Shown piece by piece: positions 1-10,457 of a stretch of 10,457 nucleotides of DNA. This DNA is from Candidatus Methylomirabilota bacterium (GTDB lineage: Bacteria; Methylomirabilota; Methylomirabilia; Rokubacteriales; CSP1-6), in contig JBKPAK010000031.1 of the NCBI GenBank assembly GCA_046726415.1, forward strand, positions 1-10,457, read 5' to 3'. The first letter of the stretch is position 1, and each line of letters opens with the position of its first letter. Under the pieces are notes generated by a model that saw only the letters and a program-made list of their open reading frames with translations, was not told the origin of the DNA and searched no databases. The position numbers and the translations under genes were made by a program.

Positions 1-190
1 CCGACGCGCCGACGCCGCCTGCCAGGCCGAACGTGGCCCCGTTGTTGGCCACCCATCGCCGCCCCTCCGGACCGTCAGCGACATAGGGCATGCGGTCCTT
101 CAGCTCCCTGGGCGCCTCGGAAACGAACAGCTCCGGGGGCAGCCAGATCAGATCGAGATGACAGTCCGCCGAGATCCGGTTGTAGTGCAT
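1..190 (-). CDS. Amidohydrolase family protein (amidohydrolase_2-like), 5' part only; runs off the window edge
   Basis: Not in the ORF track because no stop lies in the window. ATG at 190-188 with GAGGAG at 201-196 (5-nt spacing). Translation MHYNRISADCHLDLIWLPPELFVSEAPRELKDRMPYVADGPEGRRWVANNGATFGLAGGVGAS has the N-terminal ISADxH metal-binding motif of this family. Confidence 0.8.
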   Translation of the reverse strand, partial: MHYNRISADCHLDLIWLPPELFVSEAPRELKDRMPYVADGPEGRRWVANNGATFGLAGGVGAS

Positions 191-516
191 GCGGTCTCCT
201 CTTGGTGAGGTGGTTCGCCTCGTGCCCCGTGACCAGAGCCTTCGGCCACCCGGACGGGATGGTGATAGGGCAGGATGCACACCCCGAAGCCGATCCGGAT
301 GCGCTTGGTCAGCTGACTCAGCGCCCCGAGCAGGACTTCCGGGCATGGTGAGCCCGAGAACCCGGTGAGGAAGTGATGCTCCACGAACCAGAGGTTGTCG
401 AAGCCGGCTTTCTCGGCCAGCACGCACTGCTCCAGCGTCTCCTTGTACAGCGTGTTCCAGTCGACGTTGGTGCCCTTGAACGGTCGCTGGGCCTCGTAGA
501 GCAGGCCGAATTGCAT
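148..516 (-). pseudogene. LLM-class (luciferase-like) flavin-dependent oxidoreductase, truncated after about residue 92
   Basis: MQFGLLYE..AEKAGFDNLWFVEHHF..SPCPEVLLGALSQLTKRIRIGFGVCILPYHHPVRVAE is a typical LLM N-terminus. Similarity stops abruptly at nt 241, where LD.LS.GR would be expected. The last 30 codons read through the amidohydrolase leader and start. GGGGAG SD-like motif at about 524-531. Confidence 0.85.
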
Positions 517-549
517 GGTGGATCTCTCCCCGGTCGATGCTGGCGGAAA

Positions 550-567
550 CGTGCTGATCCTAGCACG
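550..567 (-). promoter_or_regulatory. Extended -10 promoter (TGcTAGGAT) for the LLM/amidohydrolase unit, inside an inverted repeat CGTGCT-N6-AGCACG
   Basis: Minus-strand TGCTAGGAT at 565-557; repeat arms at 550-555 and 562-567. Confidence 0.45.
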
Positions 568-607
568 AAGCTCGCGACCCGTCGCGGCCGGTGGCGACGA
601 TTCTGTC

Positions 608-1348
608 CTAACGAACGGCGATCCCCGCGGTGGTCCCGCGCAGCATCGCGATCAGGCTGGCCGCGACGGCGTGGACGTCCTCGGCGGGGACGACGCGTGG
701 CTTCGCCGTCACCTCGAAGACGCCGGCCGGGGAGCGCACGGTGAATCCCATCGTGCGGCCACGCGTGCCGCGCGGCGGCCGCGTGACGCGCACGTGCGTG
801 GCGTCGAGGCCCGGCCCGGCCAGCGCCGCGGCGACGGCGACGTTAACCCCCTCCGGGAACCGAAGCGCCACTGCGCGCGCGGTGCCTTCGAAGAGCACCT
901 CGGCCTCCGACCCCTCGCCGGCGGCGAGGTCGACGAACACGTCAAGGCGCTCGAGGCCGGCCGCCATGGCGGCGGCGATACCGTCGAAGCCCCCGAGGGC
1001 GCCCGGTGCGATGAGGAGCGCGTGCCCGGTCGCTGCCGAGATGCGGCGCACCTCGCGCTCGAGAGCGGGATCGGCGAGAGGGATCGGGCTCACCGCCCAC
1101 ACCGCCGACCGCTCGAGGGCGGCCGGCACCAACGCGCGGAACGCGTCCGGGCCGCCCGCCTCGATGACCAGGTCGTGAGGCTCCGCGAGGAATGCCTGGG
1201 CGTCGGCGGTGACCGGGAAGCCGTCGAGCTGGCGCGTAGAGCGCGCCAGCACTCCGGCCAGCGCGTGTGCCCCGGCCCCGCCGCGCAAGAGCGCCCGCGC
1301 CACCGGGCGGCCGATCGCCCCGCAGCCGATGACGCCGACCCGGATCAT
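608..1348 (-). CDS. Aspartate dehydrogenase (NadX)-like NAD(P)-binding protein, divergent (246 aa)
   Basis: Likely start is ATG 1348 inside the 467-aa track ORF. Rossmann motif MIRVGVIGCGAIG; family-like segments DLVIEAGG, PGALGGFDGIAAA and LFEGTARAVALRFPEGVNVAVAAALAGPGLDAT. Confidence 0.8.
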   Translation of the reverse strand: MIRVGVIGCGAIGRPVARALLRGGAGAHALAGVLARSTRQLDGFPVTADAQAFLAEPHDLVIEAGGPDAFRALVPAALERSAVWAVSPIPLADPALEREVRRISAATGHALLIAPGALGGFDGIAAAMAAGLERLDVFVDLAAGEGSEAEVLFEGTARAVALRFPEGVNVAVAAALAGPGLDATHVRVTRPPRGTRGRTMGFTVRSPAGVFEVTAKPRVVPAEDVHAVAASLIAMLRGTTAGIAVR

Positions 1349-1441
1349 CCGCGAGGATCCGAGTGGAGGAGAGGTAATCGCGTCAATGCCCCAGGCGGCG
1401 GGGCGCCGTTGGCCCGGCGCCGACAGCGAACGGCGTAGGGC

Positions 1442-1659
1442 CGGATCGCGCTGAGCCCGACGGGCGTGAAGATGATCGCCACCACCGTGATGAGGCGTAG
1501 ACGAGAGCTTGCCACACGTCGAGCCCGGCCGGCAGCCCGGGCAGGACGATGAGGAACGCGGCCCCAGCCCGGGCAGGACGATGAGGAACGCGGCCCCAGC
1601 TCGGGGCCGAGCAGCGAGGGCTGCCCGCCGCCCCGGAGGATAGTGGTGTAGAGGGCGAG
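1442..1659 (-). pseudogene. livM: Relic of the 3' end of a branched-chain amino acid ABC transporter permease (LivM-type)
   Basis: Stitching frames gives ILRGGGQPSLLGPELG / AAFLIVLPGLPAGLDVWQALVY / (G)LITVVAIIFTPVGLSAI. This follows the LivM C-terminal pattern GG.GS..GP..GA.....LP..L......L.YG...I...F.P.GL. It carries two single-base deletions and a 32-bp duplication, and there is no 5' part. Confidence 0.65.
1533..1605. repeat. 32-bp tandem duplication (2 perfect copies plus a 9-nt partial copy)
   Basis: cagcccgggcaggacgatgaggaacgcggccc at 1533-1564 and 1565-1596, then cagctcggg at 1597-1605 (1 mismatch). Confidence 0.95.
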
Positions 1660-1675
1660 ATACGGCCACGCGCGA

Positions 1676-1704
1676 TTGACTTCGCCGGGCCGCCGCGGTA
1701 CAGG
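1676..1704 (+). promoter_or_regulatory. Putative sigma70-type promoter for hyuA
   Basis: TTGACT (1676-1681), 17 nt, TACAGG (1699-1704), 8 nt before ATG 1713. The -10 lacks the final T. Confidence 0.4.
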
Positions 1705-1712
1705 AACGGTCC

Positions 1713-3752
1713 ATGGCGCTGGGGCGCGCGATTCTCATCGGCGTAGACGTCGGCGGCACCTTCACCGACCTCGTGCTCGTCGACGAGGTCACCGGCGCCG
1801 TGCGCGTGGCCAAAGTGCCGACCACCGCCGCCAACCAGGCAGACGGCGTCCTGGCCGCTCTCGCCGCGGCCGGGGCGACGCCCGCTGACTTGAAGATCGT
1901 CGTCCACGGGACGACCACGGCCACCAACGCCCTCCTCGAGCGCAAGGGGGCCAGTACCGGCCTCATCACCACGCAGGGCTTCCGCGACGTCCTGGAGCTG
2001 GGCCGCCGCACGCGGCCGACGCCCTACGGTCTCAAGGGCACCTTCGAGGCGCTGATCCCGCGCGAGCTGCGCCTGGAGGTCACCGAGCGGATGGACGCCG
2101 AGGGGCACGTGGTCACCCCGCTCGCCGAGGACGAGGTGCGGTGCGCTGCGGTGTGGCTCCGCCAGCGCGGCGTCGAAGCGCTGGTGATCCACTTCATCCA
2201 TTCGTACGTGAACGACGCGCACGAGCGTCGGGCCCGCGAGGTGGCGGCCGCCGAGTGGCCGAACCCATACCTGACGGTCGGGTCGGAGCTGCTCCCAGAG
2301 TACCGGGAGTTCGAGCGCGGGACGACGGCGGCCATCAATGGATTCGTCCAGCCGGTGATCGACCGCTACCTGCGCCGGCTGGCCGGCGAGCTGGCTCGCC
2401 AGGGCTATCAGCACGAGCTCCTCGTGATGCAGGGCAACGGCGGCACGATGTCGGTCGACGTCGCCGCGCGCCGCGCCGTCAACACGCTCATGTCCGGACC
2501 GGCGGCCGGCGTGAAGGCCGCCGCGTTCACCGCGTTCGCGGCCGGCCACGAGAACGTCATCTCGTGCGACATGGGCGGCACCAGCTTCGACGTCGGCGTG
2601 ATCGTGGGCGGCGCGCCCGCGGTGAGCGCCGACAAGGAGATGGGCTACGGCCTGCCCGTGCGCGTGCCGATGATCGACATCCACACCATCGGCGCCGGCG
2701 GCGGCTCGATCGCCCGGGTGTCGAGCGCCGGCATTCTTCTGGTGGGGCCGGAGAGCGCGGGCGCCGAGCCTGGACCCATCGGCTACGGCCGCGGTGGCCA
2801 GGAGCCTACCATCACCGACGCCAACCTTCTCCTCGGTCGCCTCAATCCGGAAGGGCTCCTCGGCGTGCCGGGCGGCGCGCGCCTCGATCAGATTCGCGAG
2901 ATCGTCGACAAGAAAATCGGCGCCCACCTGTCGCTCGATCCGGTCGCCGCGGCCGGCGCCATCGTGCGCGTGGCCAACGACAAGATGGCCGGCGCCATCC
3001 GGCTCGTGTCGCTCCAGCGCGGGCGCGACCCGCGCGATTTCGTCCTGTTCGCCTTCGGGGGCGCGGGACCGCTCCACGCCGTGGCCCTGGCCCGCGAGCT
3101 GGCGATCCCGAAAGTGCTCGTGCCGGCGCGGCCCGGCATCACCTCGGCCCTCGGCTGCCTGGTGGCCGACGTCCGCCACGACTTCGTGCGGACGATCAAC
3201 CAGGGGCTCCTGCGCATGGACGTGGGGGAAGCGCGGGCGATTCTGGCCGCACAAATCGCCGAAGGCCGCCGCCTGCTCGCCACGGAGGGCGTCGAGGTGG
3301 AGACGGTCACCGTCGAGCACGAGGCGGACATGCAATTCGCCGGTCAGACCCACGTGCTGACCGTGCCCATCGCCCAGACGGACTTCTCGCGCGAGGAGCT
3401 TGCCGGGACATTTGAAGTCGCCTACCGAGAGCGCTTCGGCGTGGAGCTACGTGAGATGCGGGCCCTGGTCATGAGCCTGCGCACGGCCGTGATCGGACGC
3501 CGCCGGCCCGTCGCCCTCGCCGGGCTCGCCGACGCCCCGGGCCCAGGTGGGCCGACGGGCACGCGGCGCGTGTGGTTCGACGATGGTTGGCGCGACGCGC
3601 CGATCTATCGGCGAGAGCACCTCCCGATCGGCGCCCAATTCCTGGGCCCGGCGATCGTGGAACAACTCGACGCCACCACCTTGATCGAGCCAGGCGATCA
3701 CGTCAGGGTGGACGCGCTCGGCAACCTCGAGATTGTCGTCGGGGGAGCGTGA
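1713..3752 (+). CDS. hyuA: Hydantoinase/oxoprolinase family subunit A (ATP-binding; N-methylhydantoinase A-like), 679 aa
   Basis: Motifs GVDVGGTFTD, HGTTTATNALLERKG, EYREFERGTTA, SGPAAG, DMGGTSFDV, IGAGGGSIA, GPESAGAEPGP, TDANLLLG, FGGAGPLHA, GPAIVEQLDATT. The symbol denotes the family; the substrate is unknown. Confidence 0.95.
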   Translation: MALGRAILIGVDVGGTFTDLVLVDEVTGAVRVAKVPTTAANQADGVLAALAAAGATPADLKIVVHGTTTATNALLERKGASTGLITTQGFRDVLELGRRTRPTPYGLKGTFEALIPRELRLEVTERMDAEGHVVTPLAEDEVRCAAVWLRQRGVEALVIHFIHSYVNDAHERRAREVAAAEWPNPYLTVGSELLPEYREFERGTTAAINGFVQPVIDRYLRRLAGELARQGYQHELLVMQGNGGTMSVDVAARRAVNTLMSGPAAGVKAAAFTAFAAGHENVISCDMGGTSFDVGVIVGGAPAVSADKEMGYGLPVRVPMIDIHTIGAGGGSIARVSSAGILLVGPESAGAEPGPIGYGRGGQEPTITDANLLLGRLNPEGLLGVPGGARLDQIREIVDKKIGAHLSLDPVAAAGAIVRVANDKMAGAIRLVSLQRGRDPRDFVLFAFGGAGPLHAVALARELAIPKVLVPARPGITSALGCLVADVRHDFVRTINQGLLRMDVGEARAILAAQIAEGRRLLATEGVEVETVTVEHEADMQFAGQTHVLTVPIAQTDFSREELAGTFEVAYRERFGVELREMRALVMSLRTAVIGRRRPVALAGLADAPGPGGPTGTRRVWFDDGWRDAPIYRREHLPIGAQFLGPAIVEQLDATTLIEPGDHVRVDALGNLEIVVGGA

Positions 3753-3802
3753 GGGACGCGATCGGCCCGCGGTGTCGACGCGTCACGGGGCGCAGGCCCA
3801 CG

Positions 3803-3822
3803 CCGTCGCCGTGGGGCGACGG
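3803..3822. terminator. GC-rich hairpin between convergent hyuA and cyclase genes (possible terminator or stabiliser; no U-tract)
   Basis: ccgtcgcc (3803-3810), loop gtgg, ggcgacgg (3815-3822): a perfect 8-bp stem abutting the cyclase stop at 3823-3825. Confidence 0.45.
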
Positions 3823-4449
3823 TCAGGCGAGATCGCGCAGCACGGCGCGACAGGGTGCGCCATCAGAACCGCGGAGGCGGAGGGGGAAACAGATCAGCTC
3901 GTAGCGCCCGGGCTCGATCTCCGAGAGGTCGATGCCTTCGAGGAGGATCACCCCGTGGTCGAGGAACGCGCGGTGCACGGGGACCTGCTCGTCCGCATGC
4001 GCCACCGACAGGTAATCGAGACCCACGAGGCTCACGCCGCGATTCACGAGGGCGCGCGCGGCGCCCAGAGAGAAGGCGACGAAATCCGCATCGTACGCGG
4101 GCTTCCGGAGCAGACCGGAGTTGCGCGTCTTGAAGAGGACCCGGGTGGCGCTGCCCAGATCGATCGCGTTCACGTGCTCTTCCGTGACGTAGCGTTCGGC
4201 ATCCACGGCATGCACGAGGGCCGGACCGATAAACCGTTCCAGCGGCAAGGCGTCGATGGTGGCGCCATCGGAGATGAAGTGGAATGGTGCGTCGACGTGC
4301 GTACCGGAGTGAACGCTCATGGTGACCGCGGAGGCGTTGGTCTCGTCGCCGCGGTTGATGCGTCGGCGCTCGACAAACTCCAGCGGCGGCGCGGCCACCC
4401 AGCGAACCGTCTCGGGCGACAGATTGAGAGAGATATCGTAGTACCGCAC
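3823..4449 (-). CDS. Cyclase family metal-dependent hydrolase (kynurenine formamidase KynB-like), about 208 aa
   Basis: HSGTHVDAPFH matches HxGTHxDxPxH; also YDIS, VLFKT, VGLDYLSV, VHRAFL..GVILLEGIDL and PLRLRGSDGAPCRAVL. Start placed at GTG 4449 (VRYYDIS). The track start TTG 4491 coincides with a TTGACA -35 box. Confidence 0.92.
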   Translation of the reverse strand: MRYYDISLNLSPETVRWVAAPPLEFVERRRINRGDETNASAVTMSVHSGTHVDAPFHFISDGATIDALPLERFIGPALVHAVDAERYVTEEHVNAIDLGSATRVLFKTRNSGLLRKPAYDADFVAFSLGAARALVNRGVSLVGLDYLSVAHADEQVPVHRAFLDHGVILLEGIDLSEIEPGRYELICFPLRLRGSDGAPCRAVLRDLA

Positions 4450-4462
4450 GGTTGCGGTGGAA

Positions 4463-4491
4463 GAGATACGCCGGACCACGGAACGTGTCAA
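4463..4491 (-). promoter_or_regulatory. Putative sigma70-type promoter for the cyclase gene
   Basis: TTGACA (4491-4486), 17 nt, TATCTC (4468-4463). There is no SD before GTG 4449. Confidence 0.45.
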
Positions 4492-4574
4492 GTGCGGTCA
4501 CCCGGCGCGGTGCTATCCTCTCACTCCACGACCCGGGTGCGATGCTCGCGGTCACCCCGGCTTCGCGCTCGCTC

Positions 4575-4583
4575 TGGTAGACT
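4575..4583 (+). promoter_or_regulatory. Extended -10 (TGgTAGACT) positioned for a leaderless hyuB transcript
   Basis: Lies 7 nt upstream of ATG 4591 with no SD. A second TGcTATCCT is at 4511-4519. Confidence 0.55.
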
Positions 4584-4590
4584 CCGCCGC

Positions 4591-8414
<3,824 letters not shown>

Positions 8415-8554
8415 CTCGCCTCCGACAGAGCTCGCCCGGTCAGCGTGTCCGATGCTCCCCGGGAAAGACGCCTACCTCGCCGAGTACTCGTGGGCGAACA
8501 CCAGCCTTGATCATGAACGCCATCGGGCGACTTGCCCGGCCGCGCCGCCAAAAT

Positions 8555-9051
8555 TCATGGGCGAGTGTACGCCGCGGAGGCAGCATGGCCCAGAGTGCGC
8601 AGGCGCTCGCCGTCGACGCTCATGAGTCGCACCTCCGAGCGGCCCGCGCCCAACCGGCGGTAGAACTCCAGCGCGCCGGCGTTGGACGCGTGCACGCCCC
8701 ACTCCAGCGACACCCCGCCCGCACTGTCTCCGCCGCGACCGCCGTCATGAGGGCGTAGCCCACTCCGCGTCCGCGCGCCGCCGGAGCCACGAAGAGGTCG
8801 TGGAGCCACATGGATCGTGCGGCGAAGTCCGTGTTGTAGCCAAGGCTGAAGAAGGCGTAGCCCACCACGGCGCCGTCGAGCTCCGCTACCAATGGGGTGA
8901 AGGCAGCCTGGGGACCGAAGGCATCGGCGCAGATTCGTTCCGGTGTGAACGGGCTGCCGTGGATCCCCACGTGATCGTTGAGGTCGTTGGCCTTCTCGGC
9001 GAGGATCGGGGCGTCATCTGGGCGAGCGGGCCGGACGCGCGCGGCGCTCAC
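8555..9051 (-). pseudogene. GNAT family N-acetyltransferase (diamine acetyltransferase-like), frameshifted
   Basis: Frame 1: VRPARPDD..VVGYAFF..WLHDLFVAPAARGRGVGYALM (acetyl-CoA motif A). Frame 2 from about 8713: VSLEWGVHASNAGALEFYRRLGA (motif B) to stop 8555. The break lies in GTGCGGGCGGGGTG. Could be a sequencing indel. Confidence 0.8.
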
Positions 9052-9481
9052 GGGGCGCCGGGTCGCCGGGAAGCCGCCCGTGCGCCGTCTCGGACTGCGA
9101 GGGTAGCAGCGAGAAGTGGCTGTGCACCGCGAGCCACTTTCCCTGTCGCCGCTCCAGTACGAAGGTGCCCCGGCCGGGGCGCGTGAACGGGCGGCCGTCG
9201 GGGCCGGTGGCCTCGGTCAGCCAACCGGCGGCAATCCACGCACTGTCGCCCGAAGAGCGGACCTGGGCATCTGCGTCGAAATGGAAGTCGCGGATGCGCG
9301 GCCAGACGTTCTGCCACTGCTCGCGGACGATATTGTCGAGACCGGTCACGGCGCGGGCCCAGGTGCCGAAGGCCACCGCGTCGTCGGCAAACATCGTGCG
9401 GCCGCGGGCGAAGTCGCGCGCGCGCACGGCCGCCTCGAACGTGTGGAGCCACTGCTCGGGAGTCTCGGCTGGGGGAGCCAT
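9014..9481 (-). CDS. NTF2-like / SnoaL-like domain protein
   Basis: FEAAVRARD...FADDAVAFGT..VTGLDNI...GDSAW...GRGTFVLERRQGKWLAVHSHFS is a typical SnoaL_3/DUF4440 pattern. The native stop may be TGA 9050-9048 (GTGA overlap with the GNAT start). Confidence 0.85.
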   Translation of the reverse strand: MAPPAETPEQWLHTFEAAVRARDFARGRTMFADDAVAFGTWARAVTGLDNIVREQWQNVWPRIRDFHFDADAQVRSSGDSAWIAAGWLTEATGPDGRPFTRPGRGTFVLERRQGKWLAVHSHFSLLPSQSETAHGRLPGDPAPRERRARPARSPR

Positions 9482-9487
9482 GGGCGC

Positions 9488-9515
9488 ATTATGCGTGGGC
9501 GCCGCGACCTGTCAA
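9488..9515 (-). promoter_or_regulatory. Near-consensus sigma70 promoter, leaderless geometry, for the NTF2-GNAT unit
   Basis: TTGACA (9515-9510), 16 nt, CATAAT (9493-9488), 6 nt, ATG 9481; no SD. Confidence 0.65.
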
Positions 9516-9519
9516 TCCG

Positions 9520-9528
9520 TGGCATGCT
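9520..9528 (+). promoter_or_regulatory. Extended -10 (TGgCATGCT), leaderless geometry, for the metallophosphoesterase
   Basis: Lies 7 nt upstream of ATG 9536, back-to-back with the minus-strand promoter. Confidence 0.45.
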
Positions 9529-9535
9529 GCTGGGC

Positions 9536-10294
9536 ATGCCTCACTCAAGACGACCCCTGCGGGTGCTTCACACCGCCGACGTGCACCTCGACAGCGATGG
9601 CTACGGGAATGCCGAACAGCAGGCCGCGCATCGCGAGGGCGGCCGGCGTGTCTTGCAGCGCATTGTCGATCGGGCCCTGACCGATCACGTCGATCTGCTG
9701 CTGATCGCGGGCGACCTCTTCGATCACAACCGCGTGCCCGACGAGACCGTCGCCTTCGTGCAGACCCAGCTCAGCCGGCTTGGCCACCCGATCGTCATCT
9801 TGCCCGGGAACCATGATTGCCTGCGGGTGAACGGCGTCTACGACCGGCATGACTTCACGGCCGGGCTGAGCCATGTCCACGTGATCCGCCGGCTGAACGG
9901 GCAGACCATCGAGTTTCCCGAGCTCGACGCGGTCGTGTGGGGTCGGGCCCTGGAAGAGCACGAGCCCGAGTTCCAGCCTCTGGCCCACATCCCGACCCGA
10001 GACGACGGGCGCTGGTGCCTCGCCATGGGACACGGCTTCTTCTACGCGGAGCGGCAACGACCGGAGCGCTCGTCGCCGATCTTTGCCGACGAGGTGCGCG
10101 ACACCGGCTGGGACTACGTCGCCCTCGGTCACCACCATGTTCGGACTGACGTCAGCCAGGGCAGGGTGGCCGCCTACTATGCGGGAGCCCCCGCGATCGA
10201 GGGAAAAGTGGGACATCCAGAAGGCACAGTCCTGCGAATCGACTTCTCGCCGGAAAACGGGATTCGCGTAAACCCCTGCCGCCTTCTGGAGTGA
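9536..10294 (+). CDS. Metallophosphoesterase, Mre11/SbcD-like nuclease domain only (252 aa)
   Basis: LRVLHTADVHLD, IAGDLFD, PGNHD, AMGHG, DYVALGHHH and YYAGAP give all five calcineurin-like motifs in Mre11/SbcD spacing. Start at ATG 9536 within the 392-aa track ORF. Confidence 0.9.
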   Translation: MPHSRRPLRVLHTADVHLDSDGYGNAEQQAAHREGGRRVLQRIVDRALTDHVDLLLIAGDLFDHNRVPDETVAFVQTQLSRLGHPIVILPGNHDCLRVNGVYDRHDFTAGLSHVHVIRRLNGQTIEFPELDAVVWGRALEEHEPEFQPLAHIPTRDDGRWCLAMGHGFFYAERQRPERSSPIFADEVRDTGWDYVALGHHHVRTDVSQGRVAAYYAGAPAIEGKVGHPEGTVLRIDFSPENGIRVNPCRLLE

Positions 10295-10431
10295 GACATC
10301 GAGGGAGCGCGACATCGAGGGGCACCGCGGCTTCGCCGCGGGTCCGGGGGTGGCGGAGGCTTCCTCAGCTACCGGGACGACGACTACGGGGCCTCTCCGC
10401 AGCCTGAGTGTCGCCACACACGGAGGGACGC

Positions 10432-10457
10432 ATGCCGCGACTGACCGAGCAGGACGT
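10432..10457 (+). CDS. Start of an unidentified gene (MPRLTEQD...), runs off the window
   Basis: GGAGG at 10422-10426, 5 nt before ATG 10432; open to the window end. Confidence 0.55.

Noticed and set aside
1354..1386. TTGACG plus GATCCT as promoter of the NadX-like gene
   Set aside because: The spacer is 21 nt and the -10 match is weak.
1533..1605. 32-bp repeat as a mini-CRISPR
   Set aside because: The copies are directly adjacent with no spacers, there are no cas genes, and the unit translates as part of a LivM-like relic.
1349..2011. N-terminal 221 aa of the 467-aa minus ORF
   Set aside because: It is an antisense shadow of hyuA plus relic sequence; the recognisable domain begins at ATG 1348.
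1383..3353. 656-aa minus ORF and other long alternative ORFs (515-1438, 2141-3415, 4980-6404, 6554-7408, 9545-10417)
   Set aside because: These are shadow frames of well-supported genes, with Arg/Gly/Ala-rich low-information translations and no motifs.
3749..3769. GTG overlapping the hyuA stop reading MRDAIGP, resembling a leftover hyuB start (IDP)
   Set aside because: Only 2-3 codons resemble it and the SD spacing is poor, so it cannot be told from chance.
3733..4590. 286-aa N-terminal extension of HyuB (886-aa ORF) overlapping the cyclase in antisense
   Set aside because: Stop-free antisense frames are common in GC-rich genes. HyuB similarity starts at IDPVTL, and a -10 motif sits just before ATG 4591.
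9116..9535. N-terminal extension of the metallophosphoesterase ORF
   Set aside because: It is antisense to the NTF2 gene and crosses the divergent promoters; the domain starts at MPHSRRPLRVLH.

Overview
GC-rich bacterial window of accessory catabolic genes; the gene families are compatible with a soil organism such as Ca. Rokubacteria, but that is only an impression. In order: the 5' end of an amidohydrolase (-), a deletion-truncated luciferase-like monooxygenase (-), an aspartate-dehydrogenase (NadX)-like protein lacking the usual catalytic motifs (-), a decayed livM-type permease relic with a 32-bp tandem duplication, hydantoinase/oxoprolinase subunit A (+), a KynB/cyclase-family metallohydrolase in antisense (-), hydantoinase subunit B (+), an intact type I Baeyer-Villiger monooxygenase (-), frameshifted VOC and GNAT genes (-), an NTF2/SnoaL protein (-), a stand-alone Mre11/SbcD-like metallophosphoesterase (+), and the first codons of another gene. 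I see no RNA genes, CRISPR, IS or phage features. I cannot claim a clearly new system. The best leads are the split hyuA/cyclase/hyuB arrangement, the degenerate NadX-like protein, recurrent leaderless promoters and localized gene decay.
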